A stretch of DNA of 56,212 nucleotides from a virus (IMGVR_UViG_3300050343_000186:1-56212), one strand, 5' to 3'; counted from the first letter of the stretch, positions 44,964 to 54,189 are shown. Notes: a model not told the origin generated them from the sequence alone. A program made the numbers and translations.

Positions 44964-47347
44964 CTGTTAATAATATACCATTTCCCAAGATTGTCTTTAC
45001 CTTGCTCTATATTGTCGTTACCCGTTGTGTATTTTGCATATGCTCTAATATAGCTATTAAACTTTGTTCGGCTTAATTTAATACTACCGGTCTTACCATA
45101 GTCAGGGTAATCATCGCAGAACTCAACATACAGCCTGTTAAGGTGTATTCTCTCTTCCGTAGGGAGCATATGGTGTCTCTCACCTGTCTTTACTCCACAC
45201 CACTCCGCAAAGTCTTCTGAAGTCTCTAATATGAATGCTTTGTATTTACCGTTTACAAGTTCACTCTCTATTAGACCTGTTCTCATATAGCTACTTAGGC
45301 AGTTTACCATATAGCTATCGAATAAGCACCATTCATCTGAATCCCAATCATTGAATAGATGTCTCTTGAACTCATCGAATGGAGTGTACTGCTTATTATA
45401 GTGTGGGTGTAATTCAATCTCAAACTTACGTCTCGCAAATGAATTACCCGTGCCTCGTATAGCATAGTTGGTTGTTATTGCAACCTTAGGTGAACGAGTG
45501 TATGGTATCTTGATTGCGTCCTTGTTTTTCTTCTCCAATGTAAGACCTTCAGTAATTACGCTGAACAATCTCTCGAAGTCAAAGTTGCGTTTTACATCAT
45601 CAAAGCATAGCAGTTGCGTATCTACAGATACGGTTTGATATGGGAATGACTTTTCAAAGTTGAATGATTTACCATCAATAACCACTAACTTTTTCATATG
45701 AGCCAATGCATTCATAAATATTCCTTTACCTGTGCCACCTTCAGGGTTCTCACTTGCTACCTCATCATTTAGTATTATTGCCGGACAAGATGAAAGGTTT
45801 TTATATCCGTGTAACATAAAACCAATTGTTGATTCTACGGTGTCTACTCTATCTTGACTACCACCACATATCCTTGATATGAATGTTCTGTAATCACAAT
45901 CGTAGTCTCGACACATCCTAAAGTTCCTATCTATAACGTGGTCTCTCCAAACATAACCATCCAAATCAAGATACTTGATTGTCTCAATATCATTTGTGGT
46001 TACCTTGACTGCACAATTTTCGTAATACAGGAATGACGTATCTTTTGTATCCATAATAAAGTGTATGTCAATAGTAGATAGCAATGTAAGGAAGTCTTCC
46101 TTGAATAAACTTGTTTTATTAGCATAGTGATTGTAAACCGAAAGGTCATCAATATCTAACAGATAGTTAAGAATGAAATCTTTTATCTCTTTGTCTGATG
46201 TATTGTCTACTAAATTCTCAATAACACGAACAAAAACAAAATTATTAGAACCTTCGGGTGAATACTTATAAAATCCATTTTCCTCTAGAAAATTCTTGAA
46301 TAGTATTGGTATATTTTTTATTATACCCTTATCGCTCTTAGACCAAAACTTTATATTAGTTCCCTCTTCCTCCACACGATTAATAACTAACTCAACATCA
46401 CATTCAGGATACGACTTATTGTTATTATCTAACTCCTCAATAATCTCTTTCTTAGATGCTCCATTCTTTAACTTTAGCCTGACTAAGTTGACAGCAGAAT
46501 CATCTTCATAGAACTTTGTCTTAAACTTATCTGTATTGTTGTAAGCACCATCTATAGTTGCTTGTATCTCTTTGATAGAAAAGTCTGTTTGTTCGTATTG
46601 GTTTAGTACATAAGATGCTAATGACTTATTAACACCGTACTCATTGAATGCCATCGCAAGTGTATATGCATTTTGGTTTCGAACACCCTCGTGCATTGGG
46701 AACTTTTTCTCCCACCACTTTACAAGTATCTCTACAATCTTATTCTCATCAGTGATTGGCAAGGTAGCTATCTTGGATGTTATATCAACCTCAGTATACT
46801 GCCTCTCCTTTATCTTATCGTACACCTCAGAATCTTCGTTGATGTGAATTAAGTTATCCCAAGACTCGTAGCACACCCGACTTACATTCTTTGATGTCTT
46901 ATCAAAGTATGGTGAGCCAAAATAATCCTCAAGTGAATTGAAATAATTTATGTGGTTATCTACATCATCAGGTATCTTAACCAATACCTTTAGACCATTA
47001 CCCGAAGGAGATACGAAAACAGAGTATACATACTTGTCTTTTGATATCTTATCCTTATGCTCCTTCATTATGGTTTTCTTCTCGTATGCATCGAAGTCCA
47101 AACAAATAAGACCACTATGCTTAACCAATGATTTGTCGTTTCTTTTATTAAATTTCCCACTAAAACATATAGCAGGTAGCTGCTGCTTTAGTTCTGCTTT
47201 TTTGTTTTTATCCTTCTCAGACCTTATTCTCTTTACTAGTTCTTTACTCTTACCGTCCTTGATTCTCTCAAGAACTACACCAACATTAACATTGAATGGT
47301 GTCTGTGTTTCTTTTATGTTTTTAAATATAGTGACGTTGTGTGACAT
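44960..47347 (-). CDS. Primase-helicase (BT4734/VirE-N-type primase, PriCT, SF3-like P-loop helicase)
   Basis: LPAICFSG, SGLICLDFD, FVSPSGNGLK, D...KNVSRVCYES; GVRN; GGTGKG Walker A, CFDD Walker B, ITTN. Confidence 0.85.
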   Translation of the reverse strand: MSHNVTIFKNIKETQTPFNVNVGVVLERIKDGKSKELVKRIRSEKDKNKKAELKQQLPAICFSGKFNKRNDKSLVKHSGLICLDFDAYEKKTIMKEHKDKISKDKYVYSVFVSPSGNGLKVLVKIPDDVDNHINYFNSLEDYFGSPYFDKTSKNVSRVCYESWDNLIHINEDSEVYDKIKERQYTEVDITSKIATLPITDENKIVEILVKWWEKKFPMHEGVRNQNAYTLAMAFNEYGVNKSLASYVLNQYEQTDFSIKEIQATIDGAYNNTDKFKTKFYEDDSAVNLVRLKLKNGASKKEIIEELDNNNKSYPECDVELVINRVEEEGTNIKFWSKSDKGIIKNIPILFKNFLEENGFYKYSPEGSNNFVFVRVIENLVDNTSDKEIKDFILNYLLDIDDLSVYNHYANKTSLFKEDFLTLLSTIDIHFIMDTKDTSFLYYENCAVKVTTNDIETIKYLDLDGYVWRDHVIDRNFRMCRDYDCDYRTFISRICGGSQDRVDTVESTIGFMLHGYKNLSSCPAIILNDEVASENPEGGTGKGIFMNALAHMKKLVVIDGKSFNFEKSFPYQTVSVDTQLLCFDDVKRNFDFERLFSVITEGLTLEKKNKDAIKIPYTRSPKVAITTNYAIRGTGNSFARRKFEIELHPHYNKQYTPFDEFKRHLFNDWDSDEWCLFDSYMVNCLSSYMRTGLIESELVNGKYKAFILETSEDFAEWCGVKTGERHHMLPTEERIHLNRLYVEFCDDYPDYGKTGSIKLSRTKFNSYIRAYAKYTTGNDNIEQGKDNLGKWYIINR

Positions 47348-47489
47348 ATTGGTGACCGTTTTGTGACGTTTAAAATGTTGATTTTCAAATAGTTTGACCG
47401 TTTGACCGTTTTTTCCCTATTATAAATAAAAAAAAATATAATATATATAGTAGTAGTAGTAGTAGTAGTATAGGAAAAAAAATGGTCAC
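47332..47489. repeat. Iteron array plus AT/(TAG)n tract; origin-like element B
   Basis: TGAC at 47332, 47342, 47353, 47364, 47395, 47403; (TAG)n ~47448-47470; inverted GTCA at 47485. Confidence 0.7.
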
Positions 47490-47501
47490 TTTTATATTCA
47501 A

Positions 47502-47528
47502 ATAAAAGGGAGCTGAAACAACTCCCTG
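47502..47528 (-). terminator. Rho-independent terminator after SSB-like gene
   Basis: Minus strand AGGGAG-loop-CTCCCT followed by TTTATTT. Confidence 0.7.
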
Positions 47529-47550
47529 ATTATCTGATTTTTAGGTTTTG

Positions 47551-47823
47551 TTAAAATGGCAAATTTTCCTCAGTAGCAGTGACCGTTTCTATAACATCAC
47601 TTTTTTCCTTTGGTTTTGTTGGCTGCCAAGTGTCGAGTTGGCAATAATATTTACCACCTTTACTCTGTTTAATGTCTAGATTTACCCATCCATTCTTTTG
47701 ATTTGCTTGAAGAAATGCAATTGCTTCTTCTACTTTGATTGATTGTGACCCAACAACAAAGTCAGGTGCGTTTTCTTTTCTCTTGAAGATGAATCCATCT
47801 GCAAAAATTGTCTCGTTTGACAT
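47551..47823 (-). CDS. Putative single-stranded DNA-binding protein
   Basis: Beta-rich 90 aa with acidic tail ending EENLPF; follows Sak and exonuclease. Confidence 0.6.
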   Translation of the reverse strand: MSNETIFADGFIFKRKENAPDFVVGSQSIKVEEAIAFLQANQKNGWVNLDIKQSKGGKYYCQLDTWQPTKPKEKSDVIETVTATEENLPF

Positions 47824-47898
47824 AATAAATTATATAAATTTTATCCCAATTAATTTAGGTATGGCACGATTGGGAAGTACGAACCTACCTTATCATAA

Positions 47899-48630
47899 TT
47901 AAATTAACTCCTCCTCTATATAGTAGTCGTAAATGCTTTCCTTTGCGTTTTCTGCAAAATACTTTTTGTATACCTCTACTGCTCTCTCAACCTTTTCTTC
48001 CCCACGTTCAAGGAACTCTGTAGTTGGTCTATATATACCCATCCTACCTGTTAATTTCTCTATTGCGTAGAATACTAATGGCTTACCGAACAATGTTTGG
48101 TATATGTATGCTTGACTGTCGTAGTTGTATCTCCTTGCACTCCACTTGAAGTCATCTATGTTAGATGTGGTCTTCAAATCTATTATCATATCAGGGTGTA
48201 TAATGTCTGCTTTACCCTTCCACATATGACCGCATATCTTTCCAATAGCAGGTACTTCATACTCGTTACCCTCGTTTCTGATATCCTCAAAGAATGTGTA
48301 ATTGCTTAACATCCTTTTAACTAAGCCTTGGATATCTATAACCTCACTCTCAAGTAACACATAAGGTACGTTATTATCTTGGCAATACTGCTTGTATACT
48401 TTTGTAGTCCTCGTACTCGCCTGCACATACTTAACATCCTCTGCTTTACTTGGCTCAAGTATTAACTGATGGAAGTATCTACCCTTAGCAAAGTTTTGAT
48501 TGTCGGGTTGCGATACACCAAACTTACTCGGGTCTTTCAGTAGCGTACCTATATCTGAATTAGATAGGTACTGCTTACCGAAGTCACCATAGTAGTTGGC
48601 ATCATCTCTTAACATTTCAACTATATCCAT
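47899..48630 (-). CDS. PD-(D/E)xK exonuclease (RecE/DUF3799-like)
   Basis: LSNSDI, GRYFH, KGKADI...IIDLKTT, YDSQAYIYQ. Confidence 0.85.
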   Translation of the reverse strand: MDIVEMLRDDANYYGDFGKQYLSNSDIGTLLKDPSKFGVSQPDNQNFAKGRYFHQLILEPSKAEDVKYVQASTRTTKVYKQYCQDNNVPYVLLESEVIDIQGLVKRMLSNYTFFEDIRNEGNEYEVPAIGKICGHMWKGKADIIHPDMIIDLKTTSNIDDFKWSARRYNYDSQAYIYQTLFGKPLVFYAIEKLTGRMGIYRPTTEFLERGEEKVERAVEVYKKYFAENAKESIYDYYIEEELI

Positions 48631-49217
48631 TACTTAAGTAGCTTTTGAAGTTCTTTCTTGGTAGTTGCATTGATGGTATACTTCTTAGATAGATTGACAA
48701 CAATCTCATCTATATTTAAGCTACCCTTGTTCTGCAATACATAACGCTTTACTTTCTCCCAATTAGAATCACCAATCTTCAAGCCCATCTTCTTAACAGG
48801 CTCTGCTTTGGTTATCATCTCGGGAACATCCTCACCCTTCCATAGTGACAGACCCAATCCGTGCATTGCAATAGCCTTAGCAGTTGAACGCTGAATTGTT
48901 TTGTTTACATCCATAGATGTAATGTCATCTGCTGAAATAGCTTTGTTTCGAAAGTCCATAATGGGCAGGTAATCTATATGCTCTATATCTTCAATAGAGA
49001 TACCAACCTTCACCCAACAACTCTTACCATCAGAGAAGTAGTTCCACCCCGTTGCAGGGTCTTCGTATACAATACGTTGTGCTAATGGATATTGTTGTTT
49101 AAGCATATGCCACGCATTTGCCCACGATAAGTAATCCATTCTACCTTTTCTTTCTACCTTGTCCTTTACGCTTATAGCTGACAATACTTCATAACTTTTC
49201 TTACTTTGTTTGGTCAT
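48630..49217 (-). CDS. sak: Sak (Rad52-like, DUF1071) single-strand annealing protein
   Basis: YLSWANAW, YLPIMDFRNK, DVNKTIQR..AKAIAMHGLGL.L..GED. Confidence 0.85.
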   Translation of the reverse strand: MTKQSKKSYEVLSAISVKDKVERKGRMDYLSWANAWHMLKQQYPLAQRIVYEDPATGWNYFSDGKSCWVKVGISIEDIEHIDYLPIMDFRNKAISADDITSMDVNKTIQRSTAKAIAMHGLGLSLWKGEDVPEMITKAEPVKKMGLKIGDSNWEKVKRYVLQNKGSLNIDEIVVNLSKKYTINATTKKELQKLLK

Positions 49218-49599
49218 TTGTTTTTTTGTTTATTTTGTTGTATTGCGACATCAAAGATACCCTTGTTGCCTTTAGTTGATTGATTAACTTTTCGTTACGC
49301 TTACCATTAACTTCGTCTCGAATACTCTTCTCGACTTTGTCTAGTTTTGAACGATAGTTCGACAAAGTTACTGCATACACTCCATATCTCCAACCCTTTT
49401 CTTTAAATGTATTAAATAAGTTAGATGTTAGTTTTTGGTAATATCTCTTACTTGTGTTTAGTAAATCAACCTCGTGCGTGTAGTCATCTTTAATAATCTT
49501 AACATCTAATAGACTAACAGATTGGTATCCGTTCTGTATTATTTTAGCTGACTTCTTATCGTTAAACGCTTGGTTGAATATTTCGTCTAAACTGAACAT
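49201..49599 (-). CDS. Hypothetical protein
   Basis: 132-aa ORF overlapping both neighbours. Confidence 0.6.
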   Translation of the reverse strand: MFSLDEIFNQAFNDKKSAKIIQNGYQSVSLLDVKIIKDDYTHEVDLLNTSKRYYQKLTSNLFNTFKEKGWRYGVYAVTLSNYRSKLDKVEKSIRDEVNGKRNEKLINQLKATRVSLMSQYNKINKKTNDQTK

Positions 49600-49877
49600 A
49601 TCTTTTGTTGTAGCTTTATGTAATACCTGTCTTCTGTGTTGCTCATTCTTGTTATTCCGTGAATGATTGTTGAATGACCTATATCATATCCATTGTCTCT
49701 CATCATTCTAACGATTGTACTTATCTTAAAGTCTCCATCAAAAATACAAGTCCAATAAAGCATCTGTCTTGCATCTACAACCTCTCGTTCTTTGGTGTTC
49801 GTAAATAATAATTCTCTTGAGATACTAAACTCTTTTAGTATCTTCCTTACGTATGTGTTAAACTGTTTTTTTTTCAT
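49587..49877 (-). CDS. Second DnaA domain-IV-like protein
   Basis: REVVDARQMLYW...GHSTIIHGI. Confidence 0.65.
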   Translation of the reverse strand: MKKKQFNTYVRKILKEFSISRELLFTNTKEREVVDARQMLYWTCIFDGDFKISTIVRMMRDNGYDIGHSTIIHGITRMSNTEDRYYIKLQQKICSV

Positions 49878-50074
49878 ATATAATAATCTTATTTGAATTG
49901 TTTAATCTCTCTCTGTTAATCTTCTCCCACTCTCTATACCAATAATCTGAATCGGCATATTGTGAGTAGTATTCTTCGGGTCTTATGTCATCTAATAGTT
50001 GCTTAATCTTGCTCATTTTATTATATGGTTTAATTGTTGTTCAAATATATATTAATTATATGTAGATTCCAAGC

Positions 50075-50305
50075 CTAATCCAATGTATCGAAATCCTCTT
50101 CATCTTTTTCATTGTTCGCCACAATAGCATCTTCAATCTCATTTTTGTATGATACAACTTCTTCACATAACCTAAGTAGTTCTTCTAAGGCATCTACCTC
50201 ATACTGACTACCTAAGTCATTAATTTTTCTGTCTTCGATTGCCTCTAGGCAATCTTGTAAATCTCCCGCAGTGTTTTCAAATCTGCAATAACTCATGTTT
50301 CCCAT
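50075..50305 (-). CDS. Conserved small acidic phage protein
   Basis: NMSYCRFENTAGDLQDC motif. Confidence 0.65.
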   Translation of the reverse strand: MGNMSYCRFENTAGDLQDCLEAIEDRKINDLGSQYEVDALEELLRLCEEVVSYKNEIEDAIVANNEKDEEDFDTLD

Positions 50306-50380
50306 AATTGTTTTTTTTTAAATTGTTTTAGGTGTTTTGGGTGGTTTGGGTTAACCCAAACTATTTCTTTAATTAAAAAT

Positions 50381-50398
50381 AGTGTACTATAGTACACT
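50381..50398. promoter_or_regulatory. Palindrome copy 1 (AGTGTACTATAGTACACT)
   Basis: Perfect inverted repeat overlapping the stop of 50387-50863. Confidence 0.75.
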
Positions 50399-50863
50399 TT
50401 GTACTTTATTCCAATATTTTATTGTTGTTGTTTTTTTATGTCCTATCGGACCTCCGTTCCATCTTCTTGCTACTATCTCTGCATACTCTATAAACGTATA
50501 TTCCTCGCAGCATTCATACTCCTCTGATATGATGTTGAACATCTCAATAGATTTGGCTCTACTATATCTATCCTCTAATGTATACACCAATGGTATATCA
50601 TTACTGCGTAAGATTCGGTTTACCTCTCTCACACATATAGGATGTATCTGTAAGCAACCAACCGCCTTACCTTTATCGCCAATGGCAGAGTCATTACCTC
50701 TACTCTCAACGTAAATGATTGCGTTGATAAGCCTACCCCAATCAGACAAGGTGTCAACCTCGTCTACAGAGATGATAGTTCTCTCCGTTGTTAGATTGTG
50801 GTCGGCAGTAAATACCACCGACCCAATCATAAACATAACAACAATAAATCTACTAATCATCAC
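50387..50863 (-). CDS. Lysozyme-like / lytic transglycosylase with N-terminal hydrophobic signal
   Basis: AIIYVESRGN catalytic Glu, GD.GKAVGCLQI, ARRWNGGP. Confidence 0.75.
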   Translation of the reverse strand: MMISRFIVVMFMIGSVVFTADHNLTTERTIISVDEVDTLSDWGRLINAIIYVESRGNDSAIGDKGKAVGCLQIHPICVREVNRILRSNDIPLVYTLEDRYSRAKSIEMFNIISEEYECCEEYTFIEYAEIVARRWNGGPIGHKKTTTIKYWNKVQSVL

Positions 50864-51144
50864 AAAATATCTTTTGTTCGTACATACACATACCCTTCGT
50901 GGGTAATCTTATCTGAATTAGACCACCATTGATTCTTCTTAGGTAAATGCCCACCTTCCATACATATTTTAAGTGTTCTTTTTCTAAGCCAATAGGTCAA
51001 CTCTGCTTTATGCTCAATTAGAGAATCGGTCTCGTCTTCTGCATTTACTGCATACAAATCCTCTGTACCCCAAAGAGTACCTGCGATGTCGGTTACGTCT
51101 ATAAATACAACCCCATCTTTACATACTATTAATCTATTCTTCAT
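50860..51144 (-). CDS. Hypothetical early protein
   Basis: 94-aa ORF in the minus-strand operon. Confidence 0.55.
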   Translation of the reverse strand: MKNRLIVCKDGVVFIDVTDIAGTLWGTEDLYAVNAEDETDSLIEHKAELTYWLRKRTLKICMEGGHLPKKNQWWSNSDKITHEGYVYVRTKDIL

Positions 51145-51229
51145 AATTCTTTTACTTGTTTCTTAGTTATTATTCCTGTTTTGATATACTTGCGTAGGAA
51201 GTATATAGTTAACATTTGCTTTATTTTCT

Positions 51230-51436
51230 TCATATCATTAATATATTTTTTATTGCTTGGAAGCTAACACTCTCACGTTCACAAAGGCTCTTTAAGAACA
51301 ATATCTCTTTATCTCTATCTATTTCAGACTCCTTACTTTTACTTTTCTTAATCCCTTTAGACCATCTTATCTCTGTGTTTGATTTCTTAAATGTTCTGTA
51401 CTCTACACCTATTGACTGTATTTTATCTGATATCAT
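51230..51436 (-). CDS. Hypothetical early protein
   Basis: 68-aa ORF. Confidence 0.45.
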   Translation of the reverse strand: MISDKIQSIGVEYRTFKKSNTEIRWSKGIKKSKSKESEIDRDKEILFLKSLCERESVSFQAIKNILMI

Positions 51437-51451
51437 AATGTTATAATTGTA

Positions 51452-51652
51452 TTATCTAATAATTATACATTCGTTCATTTTCAAAAAGTCTTTCCAATCT
51501 CCTTCCGTATTATACTCAGACTCCATAAACTCTTCTTCACTCATCTCAGTAGTCTTAAACTTGGCAACTAAATTCTTGCCGTTATACTTGCGTATTGTAA
51601 ATGTTCTCTTTGAATAGTTTGGTTTTACTGATATTATTTCTCTTGTATTCAT
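51452..51652 (-). CDS. Hypothetical early protein
   Basis: 66-aa ORF. Confidence 0.55.
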   Translation of the reverse strand: MNTREIISVKPNYSKRTFTIRKYNGKNLVAKFKTTEMSEEEFMESEYNTEGDWKDFLKMNECIIIR

Positions 51653-51656
51653 TTGT

Positions 51657-52385
51657 TTAATGCATTAATATTTTTATATTCTTCTTACCTTTACCTTGTG
51701 TACCACTGCACAGTCCACACTTATCGCAGCTAGACTTAAAACCCATCTCTTGGCTTGCAGGACATCCTGCAGCATCTTTTGCACTGATGAAATGGTATCC
51801 GGGACTCTCTGTAGCTATAAAGCTACGATATCCTGCCGCAGTAGCTTGGGCTGCTTCGTCTTCATTGTGTGTGCTTGCCATAAAGTACTTACCGTACTCC
51901 TTCGCAAATGGTTTCTGCCATTGGTGCGTGTAACCCGTCCAACTACTCGATAGCAGAGACATACTCTCTACCATATAGCTTGGTAATAGAGATGGCTCAC
52001 CGTACGTTCCAAATCTTACATATGTATCTTTGGACATATCTAATACTTTTCTGTACTTGGTCTCATCTAATGGTGTAAGTAAAATTTTATCTATGCTTCG
52101 AAGCATTGACAAGAAGCCTATATACTGATTGAATTTGTGTGTGTAACATCCACCGCCACCGTTACCCACACTGAATGGACAATCTAAGCAGTTACTGCCG
52201 TCCAAAGCAAAGAAATCCTTCATCTTAAATCCTTTACTTGTTGTCGCTAACTTGTATTGGTCTAGACTAAATGTGTACGTCTGTACAACTTGTGTGCCCT
52301 TCGAGCGTACAATTTTAGCGTTTTTTGTCTTTGATTTACTTACAACAAACAAGTTATTGTTTTCAATCCATACTATCTTACTCAT
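51657..52385 (-). CDS. Cys-rich, degenerate radical-SAM-like phage protein
   Basis: CLDCPF...GCY, VRFGTYGEP, WTGYTHQW, CPAS...CDKCGLC. Confidence 0.55.
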   Translation of the reverse strand: MSKIVWIENNNLFVVSKSKTKNAKIVRSKGTQVVQTYTFSLDQYKLATTSKGFKMKDFFALDGSNCLDCPFSVGNGGGGCYTHKFNQYIGFLSMLRSIDKILLTPLDETKYRKVLDMSKDTYVRFGTYGEPSLLPSYMVESMSLLSSSWTGYTHQWQKPFAKEYGKYFMASTHNEDEAAQATAAGYRSFIATESPGYHFISAKDAAGCPASQEMGFKSSCDKCGLCSGTQGKGKKNIKILMH

Positions 52386-52386
52386 A

Positions 52387-52557
52387 TTATGTTAGTTTAT
52401 CTATTATTGTTTGAAATTCTCTTATGTCTTCCTCATACATCTCTTTTAGAAAATCTAAATTTGTTGATTCCATTTTATTTCTAATCTCCAAAATCTTACT
52501 CTCTAATGATACTATAATTCTGACCTCTTCGTACATTGTTAATCTCTCTCTATTCAT
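52387..52557 (-). CDS. Hypothetical early protein
   Basis: Likely start MNRERLTMY within ORF 52387-52620. Confidence 0.45.
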   Translation of the reverse strand: MNRERLTMYEEVRIIVSLESKILEIRNKMESTNLDFLKEMYEEDIREFQTIIDKLT

Positions 52558-52820
52558 ATTGTTTTTTTTAGTTTCGTTTCCATCCATAACCTTCAATTTT
52601 TCCCTCATTAAACATTTCAATAAGACTTTTATACGCTTTTGTTGCAGCAGGTCTTTTGCAGTGTTTTACAGCGTAAATAATTTCCGTAAAATATTTGTCT
52701 TCCTTTATTAAAAAAAATGTAGTTCTATACATATGTCCTTTTAGTTTTATTTTAAATTGTTTTATTGTTTCTACCACCTCAACCCCATAGCGTTTCTGCT
52801 ATGAGGCAAGATGATATTTT

Positions 52821-52836
52821 GTGTACTATAGTACAC
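52821..52836. promoter_or_regulatory. Palindrome copy 2 (GTGTACTATAGTACAC)
   Basis: 3 nt downstream of the ardC stop. Confidence 0.75.
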
Positions 52837-52839
52837 TTT

Positions 52840-53766
52840 TTATCGTTGAAGATAGTCAACTACTTTGGTAGCTTGTTGCATCGCAAACACACACTCCTTT
52901 GGTTTGTCTTTTAGATGCTTACACCACCCTTGTATATATGCTTGGCTATTGGTCATATGTGGCTCGAGTCCAAGCAACCCAACCATATACATACTACTTA
53001 TCTCTGCGACCAACTCTTCCTTTGCATATGTCTCATCGCCCCAAAACATAACCTCTGTCAATGACTTTCGGTTAAGTCTATCCTCGTGACCCGTGCTATG
53101 TGCTAATTCGTGAAACAATACCTTGTAGTAGCTATCTGAATCAGTAAAGTCTTCAATCTTTGGTACGTTCACATAGTCTGATTTTACATTGTAAAATGCT
53201 TTACCACTATCTGCGTGTACTATCTTAAACTTTGGCTCATTGGTAAGGTATCTCTTGACCACACTCTCTGCTACTTCTATTGGATTATTCTCGGTCTTCT
53301 CTACCTTCGGCTCATCTGCACCTATTGGTACAATACCTTCGCATTGCTCGACATTGAATACCCTATAGTATTTGATTGAGAATGTCTTTTTGTAGCGTGG
53401 CTTACCTTCAAACTTCTCGTCGATGTTTACATACTTACTGTCCTTGACAAACTTCTTTGTCTTCTCATCAAACCAACTCATCGACCATAGGTACACTTCA
53501 GTTGACTTCTCACCCTTCTTAACCTTACCACCACTGTTGGTTACTGCTTTGAAACTCAGCCATTGATTATACTGATATCCCTTAACCCTCATTACTGAGT
53601 TAAGCATAAAGATATTGAATCCATTGTACCTCCGTTTGCTTACATAGTTTATAGGAAACATCTGCTCACCCTCTCCGAATGGCTTGAACCAATTCAAACC
53701 ACCCTTCTTCAATCCTTCAATGACTGCGTCATTAATCTTTTCGTAAATAAAATCTGTCTTACTCAT
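52840..53766 (-). CDS. ardC: ArdC-family antirestriction protein (ssDNA-binding N-domain plus zincin)
   Basis: YNGFN, WLSFK...GGKVKKGEK, YYRVFNVEQ, FHELAHSTGH..RLNR, YAKEELVAE. Confidence 0.9.
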   Translation of the reverse strand: MSKTDFIYEKINDAVIEGLKKGGLNWFKPFGEGEQMFPINYVSKRRYNGFNIFMLNSVMRVKGYQYNQWLSFKAVTNSGGKVKKGEKSTEVYLWSMSWFDEKTKKFVKDSKYVNIDEKFEGKPRYKKTFSIKYYRVFNVEQCEGIVPIGADEPKVEKTENNPIEVAESVVKRYLTNEPKFKIVHADSGKAFYNVKSDYVNVPKIEDFTDSDSYYKVLFHELAHSTGHEDRLNRKSLTEVMFWGDETYAKEELVAEISSMYMVGLLGLEPHMTNSQAYIQGWCKHLKDKPKECVFAMQQATKVVDYLQR

Positions 53767-53999
53767 ATTCTTGGTAAAAAATGTTCGTCTTGTTTTAATA
53801 ATCCTACGAAGTCGTGCTTAAGGTCATATGTACTGAAACCTTGGTCGCTGAAAAGTCTCTCTACCCATTCGTATTTCAGTTCAATTAGTTGCCTGCATAG
53901 GACTCCTAGTCCAACTCCTCTTGCCTCTGCAAAACCTTCAAAAAAGTTCGCATCATCGTTACTTACAAGTAGTAAGTGTAATCTAAATGTATCTATCAT
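53763..53999 (-). CDS. Hypothetical early protein
   Basis: 78 aa ending HDFVGL...HFLPRI; coupled to ardC. Confidence 0.55.
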   Translation of the reverse strand: MIDTFRLHLLLVSNDDANFFEGFAEARGVGLGVLCRQLIELKYEWVERLFSDQGFSTYDLKHDFVGLLKQDEHFLPRI

Positions 54000-54003
54000 T
54001 ATT

Positions 54004-54180
54004 TTATTTGTTTATTATACCTTGTTCTATTAAACTCTGTGCAGTCCTACCAAACCAACCTTGTAGTTGGTATGCAAGACCCGTGTCGTGCAGATGTTGC
54101 CAAGCATCTATAATTTCATCTTCACTTTCGGTTTGTATCCAACCTTCAGCTATTCCCGTGGCTCTATAATTACTCATCAT
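54004..54180 (-). CDS. Small conserved phage protein (58 aa)
   Basis: Manual ORF with AWQHLHDTGLAYQLQGWFGRTA..LIEQG. Confidence 0.65.
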   Translation of the reverse strand: MMSNYRATGIAEGWIQTESEDEIIDAWQHLHDTGLAYQLQGWFGRTAQSLIEQGIINK

Positions 54181-54189
54181 ATTCTTATT

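Noticed and set aside
1058-47366. Many antisense ORFs in the track (e.g. 1058-1387, 6286-6738, 29016-29498, 46950-47366)
   Set aside because: Shadow ORFs opposite well-supported genes, with Ser/Leu/Phe-rich composition and no motifs
47824-47891. preQ1-I riboswitch (GGUUCG loop and A-rich tail)
   Set aside because: Stem and loop sizes do not fit, and the downstream gene is SSB-like rather than queuosine-related
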